A stretch of 64,000 nt of DNA from NCBI RefSeq assembly GCF_009914755.1, contig NC_060932.1; one strand, 5' to 3'. The DNA comes from the human T2T-CHM13v2.0 reference genome, Homo sapiens. Below, piece by piece: positions 59,590 to 64,000 of this stretch (positions are counted from its first letter, which is position 1; every line of letters begins with the position of its first letter). Both the position numbers and the translations under genes were made by a program. The notes beneath the pieces are model-generated. The model searched no databases, was not told the origin of the DNA, and saw only the letters and a list, made by a program, of their open reading frames with translations.

Positions 59590-60441
59590 GTTAATGTTAA
59601 AATAATTAGGTTTATCAATTTGGAAAAGAGAACTTTATTTCTCATAAAGGGTTGCAGCCTACAGGGTGACCATTCTGACTGGGAAGCGTAGCCTCTGGTC
59701 AGAAACCAAAAACAGACACCTCAAGGGAGGGGCAAAGGGAAAAGGAATTTATGCTGATCATATATATATATATATATACACATATATACATATACATATA
59801 TATACACACATATATACATATACATATATACATATATATATACATATATACACACATATATACATATATATACATATATACACACATATATATACATATA
59901 TATATACACACACACACACACATACATATAGTTGGTAAGCTGTGGTAGCCATGTATATTTATGAAAAGAGAAATGTGTGCATGCACAGTTGAGTCTCATG
60001 TCCCTTCACGAATATAAACAGCTGCAAGTGCGTGACCCCAACATAGAGTTTTCAGCTCTCTGATGGCAAAAGGTGAAGCAGAGAACATGAAAACCCTCAT
60101 TACACATTCTTCGTAGACTGGCCAGAGCCACTCCATGGTTGGTGGACTCCTATCAGAAGGAATGTGGTTTGTTGTTTTGTTGAAACTACAAAAGGGTGGA
60201 CCAGTATCCAGCAGTTGGTTGACACCATTGGTAAAGTCTTTTGAAAGGGCTGTTTTCTGTTTTTCCCTTAGGGAAGAAAGCTTAACAGCAGTTTGCAAAG
60301 GAAGGGGTATAACGAGGCACGTCTAAGCTCCCATCCCATCATGCCTGAGAAGTCAGTTTTCAAGGTTTCTCTGGGTCCCCTTGGCCAAGAAGGGGTCCGT
60401 TCAGTCAGCTGGGAGGCTTAGAATTTCATTGTTATTTCTCA
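59590..60441 (-). mobile_element. ERV1 MER4-group solo LTR
   Basis: Reverse complement begins TGAGAAATAACAATGAAATTCTAAGCCTCCCAGCTGACTGAACGGACCCC, typical of MER4-group LTRs. Confidence 0.7.
59759..59930. repeat. Complex (TA)/(CA) microsatellite
   Basis: ~170 bp of alternating purine-pyrimidine. Confidence 0.95.
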
Positions 60442-60679
60442 TGATAAAGAAGAAATGCAGTTTTTATCCTTCTATTTGGATTGTGAAAATAAGATCGACC
60501 TATAAAGAGTTGGCTGCAATCATGCAGGTTTATGCTGTTTGTACACCCAGGCTCATGCTTGCTCCTTTCTGCTGTCTCATCCAAGCACTGTGCACACCCC
60601 TTCTCCAGATAATTCAAAACTTTCAATCATCAGGATGCCTCTGCTGGATACTCTCTATGTGATTCTCAGATTCACTTTC

Positions 60680-61808
60680 CACCCTTTTTTCTTCCCAAGG
60701 ATGCTGTGGGCAACAGCAATGAACATTTCCTTTCTGTGGTTTCCTTTGGAGTTTGTCCAATAGGAGGTACAATAGGCTGAAGTTCGGAAAGGGAAGACTG
60801 GAACTGGGCTTTGCATTCTCCCAACTCCTTTCGCGCAGGGCTATGGCTTGGGAAGTTGCTGTGCTACTCTATTAAAGTCCACAGCATTTGTCAAGCAGCT
60901 CTGTCCCTAACAGCAACTCCCCCACACCTTTGTCTTCCAGCAACAGTTCACTCCCTTTGCCCTTTAGGGTAAGGGTGGTAAGGGCTAGCTGCTGTTGATA
61001 GCCTTGGGGTTCTTCATCATCCTTTTTGATTTTCCTGAAACCCTAAATATACCTTTTTTATTATACTTTAAGTTTTAGGGTACATGTGCACAGCGTGCAG
61101 GTTTGTTACATATGTATGTATGTGCCATGTTGGTGTGCTGCACCCATCAACTCGTCATTTAACATTAGATATATCTCCTAATGCTATCCCTCACCCCTGC
61201 CCCCAACCCACAACAGGCCCCGGTGTGTGATGTTCCCCTTCCTATGTCCACATGTTCTCATTGTTCAATTCCCACCCATGAGTGAGAACATGTGGTGTTT
61301 GGTTTTTTGTCCTTGCGATAGTTGGTTGAGAATAATGGTTTCCAGCTTCATCCATGTCCCTGCAAAGGACATGAACTCGTCCTTTTTTATGGCTGCATAG
61401 TATTCCATGGTGTATATGTGCCACATTTTCTTAATCCAGTCTATCATTGTTGGACATTTCAGTTGGTTCCAAGTCTTTGCTATTGTGAATAGTGCCACAA
61501 TAAACATATGTGTGCATGTGTCTTTATAGCAGCATGTTTTATAATCCTTTGGGTATATACCCAGTAGTGGGATGGCTGGGTCAAATGGTATTTCTAGTTC
61601 TATATCCCCGAGGAAACGCCACACTGACATCCCAAATGGTTGAACTAGTTTACAGTCCCACCAACAGTGTAAAAGTGTTCCTATTTCTAAATATACCTTT
61701 TTGCAAAATGGCAAATCATCCTCTTCCTGCTACTCCTCTCATTCACACTTATCAATTATCCCCCATTCAAGTGCAGCACCTGTGACCTGCCTGGACTCCG
61801 TCATCACA
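60680..61808 (+). mobile_element. LTR33-like ERVL LTR interrupted by an L1PA
   Basis: gggtggtaagggctagctgctgttgatagccttgggg... resembles LTR33. Confidence 0.55.
61059..61686 (-). mobile_element. L1PA 3' end (5'-truncated, ~630 bp)
   Basis: ORF2 C-terminal ORF on the minus strand; 16-bp TSD CTAAATATACCTTTTT at 61043 and 61687. Confidence 0.95.
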
Positions 61809-61879
61809 ATGTCAAAATTCTGTCACAATGTCAAAATTCTGTCACAGTGCCAAAATTCTGTCACAGTGTCAAAATTCTG
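61804..61879. repeat. Minisatellite, 4 x 19 bp (TCACARTGYCAAAATTCTG)
   Basis: Read directly from sequence. Confidence 0.92.
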
Positions 61880-64000
61880 CTGAGTTTCACGCCAAGGGAG
61901 GGGAAGGAGAATATTCATCCTCTTTTCCCATTTGGTGTCACATGCAATTATATGGGGCCCAAAGCAGATCAGCTTATATCCAGGTAAGTCAAATAGTTAC
62001 ACCAAATCTTATAAAACTCAATTCCCTACAATCTTAGAAAAGAGGCAAAAAAATAAAAATGAGGAATCAAGTTATTCTTCCCATCCTCTATCCTCTTCAT
62101 AAACCCTGCTTCTAATCACAATATTCCTCCCAGGCATAAAACAAAAATTGCATTGCCTGCCTATGGATACAAAGAGGTTCGGCTGATGGTAGCAAGTGTT
62201 GGGAAGGCTTGGCTTACAGAGCATTAGCTTATCCAAGCAGAACGTTCTCTGTTCCAATAATAGAAGGCAGGAGGAGTAAGAAACTGATCATTACAAAGGT
62301 TGGACAAATCAGAAAAGGCTTTATGGACAAGATGAAATTGACTTGGGCTTGACAGATAAAAAGGATTAAGAAGTTTAGAGAGTATTTCAGGGAAAGGTAA
62401 CATTTGTGCAAAGATAATGAGGTAGGACATTAATACATTGAGGGGAGTGGGGTTTAGGGAGCAATGGAAGATAAAGTCAGATGGGTAGAGGAAGCCACTC
62501 AAAGGCAGATCTTGAAAGTTACGTAGAAGTATTTACATTAGATGTAATCAGCAATAGGAAAACATGGAAGGTATAAAATCAACCTGAAGAGACAAATGAC
62601 AGGCCACTGGAAGGAATTCTGTTCTACTAGTTTTGGTTAATTTAATGAGATCTTGGAACTCTGGTAATGCTATCTTCAAAATGGCCCTTTTAAACTTCCT
62701 GGACAATGTAGAAACCAGTAGAAGCCAAGCCCATTCTTCCATAATGGCAGATGTGGAAATCTTTACATCTTTAGTTAAGCGAGCCTTACAAAGAATTATG
62801 GCACTTTGCTAAAGATCCGCTCAGAAGACAGATGACAGATAAATAAGCCTTCAACACATCTCTGCACTTGGAAATTGCAAAGCTGACAAAATGTTCAGAA
62901 ACTCACCCAGAAGTAGTTTCCATACAAGAAAGTTTCCTTACTTGCTATTTCTTGAAAAGTGAGTAGATAATAATTCTTTAGGCCCAGGCTACCTCTGTGA
63001 TGACACACGCTTTGAAATGTAGTCTAAAAGAAGCAATAATGTAGAAAAAGGGCAAAGAGATGAAAAGGATCAGAAATGGCTACAAAGTCCATATGACATG
63101 GACTCCAACAAGATTACAGGTCATAAAGTGGTCTAAGCTTTCTGATTATCTAAATTTTCTGCATATGATGCTTCCTTTTTCCCTTAAGGACAACTGTAAG
63201 AAATACAAAATCTTTGGAGGAAAATGGAAAGCTAGCATATTTAGAATATTTTTTAAAAAGTTAAGCTTCATGCACTATTCTGTGCATTTCCTTATTTAGT
63301 AACAACTTTATTAAGTCTATAGGTATTTAGTAGTTTGCTCAAAATCACACAAAAAGATTTTAAATTAGGACACTCAGCCTTCATAATCAATACCTTTCAC
63401 ATGTTACTCACCTGGTATAACTAACAGAAATCATTTATCTGAATATATATATGGTCAGCCCAATTGATCTGAGTTTTCTTCTAAGAATTTTCAATAGTCA
63501 TACTGTTGAGCTATGTCTCTCTGAATTAAATCAAGCCTATAGCTAAAGGAGATCCCCTCTATAGTCCTTTCCTATTTTCTAACTGGTTTTACTCATTGTT
63601 TTATTCATTCGCTGTGTGTGTTTGAAGGAAGTTAAGCTTTGATATCATTTATTCATTCATACTTTCATATATTTCAGCACCTCTTATATGGAAGGCATCA
63701 ATGAGAACCAAAATAAAAACTACAATCCCTCACTCAAGAAGTTTAAAATGAAGTGAATGGACAATTGTGAGAAGAAATGCTATTGATCTTCCAAAGTTGT
63801 ATATTCGATAGTGAATATTGTATGTTTAAAGTAACCTTGCAAAATGTGTCATGTCAAATGTAATAAATTGTATGTTCTGACGAAGGAATGGAATGCCAGA
63901 TCTAAGGAACTGAAATTTATCTGGGCACTGGACAGTCGTTTTATATTTTTGAGGAGAAAAGCCATTTTAGTATTCCTTGAATATGTGTAGTTTCTTAAAT

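Noticed and set aside
59666-59999. Multiple YI/HT/VC-repeat ORFs
   Set aside because: Translation of a (TA)/(CA) microsatellite.
61265-61714. 149-aa ORF resembling L1 ORF2
   Set aside because: C-terminal fragment of a 5'-truncated, non-autonomous L1PA.
61804-61879. CRISPR-like repeat appearance
   Set aside because: Units are contiguous with no spacers, there are no cas genes, and the context is eukaryotic.

Overview
This is AT-rich primate (very probably human) genomic DNA containing the 3' ~46.5 kb of ADAM7 on the + strand. ADAM7 is an epididymal, catalytically inactive ADAM-family protein. I reconstructed exons 4-22 from GT-AG boundaries and every junction is phase-consistent (exon numbering assumes three upstream exons outside the window). 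The exons encode the prodomain, a pseudo-metalloprotease ([11 protein letters not shown]), disintegrin, Cys-rich, EGF-like, TM and cytoplasmic domains, followed by a ~1 kb 3'UTR with a poly(A)-signal cluster near 46.4 kb. The introns and the ~17.5 kb downstream are mostly Alu, L1, L2/MIR, MaLR/ERV LTR, Tigger and microsatellite sequence. There are no prokaryotic-type systems, CRISPR arrays or structural RNA genes. The most interesting signals concern splicing: a stop codon split across the last intron with an apparently vestigial coding tail in the last exon, a 66-nt NAGNAG cassette exon, a THE1-derived candidate terminal exon giving a soluble isoform, inverted Alus bracketing in-frame exon pairs, and a locally duplicated L1 piece that may supply exon 20's branch point. 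These are hypotheses to test. Repeat family names and boundaries were assigned by eye and are approximate.
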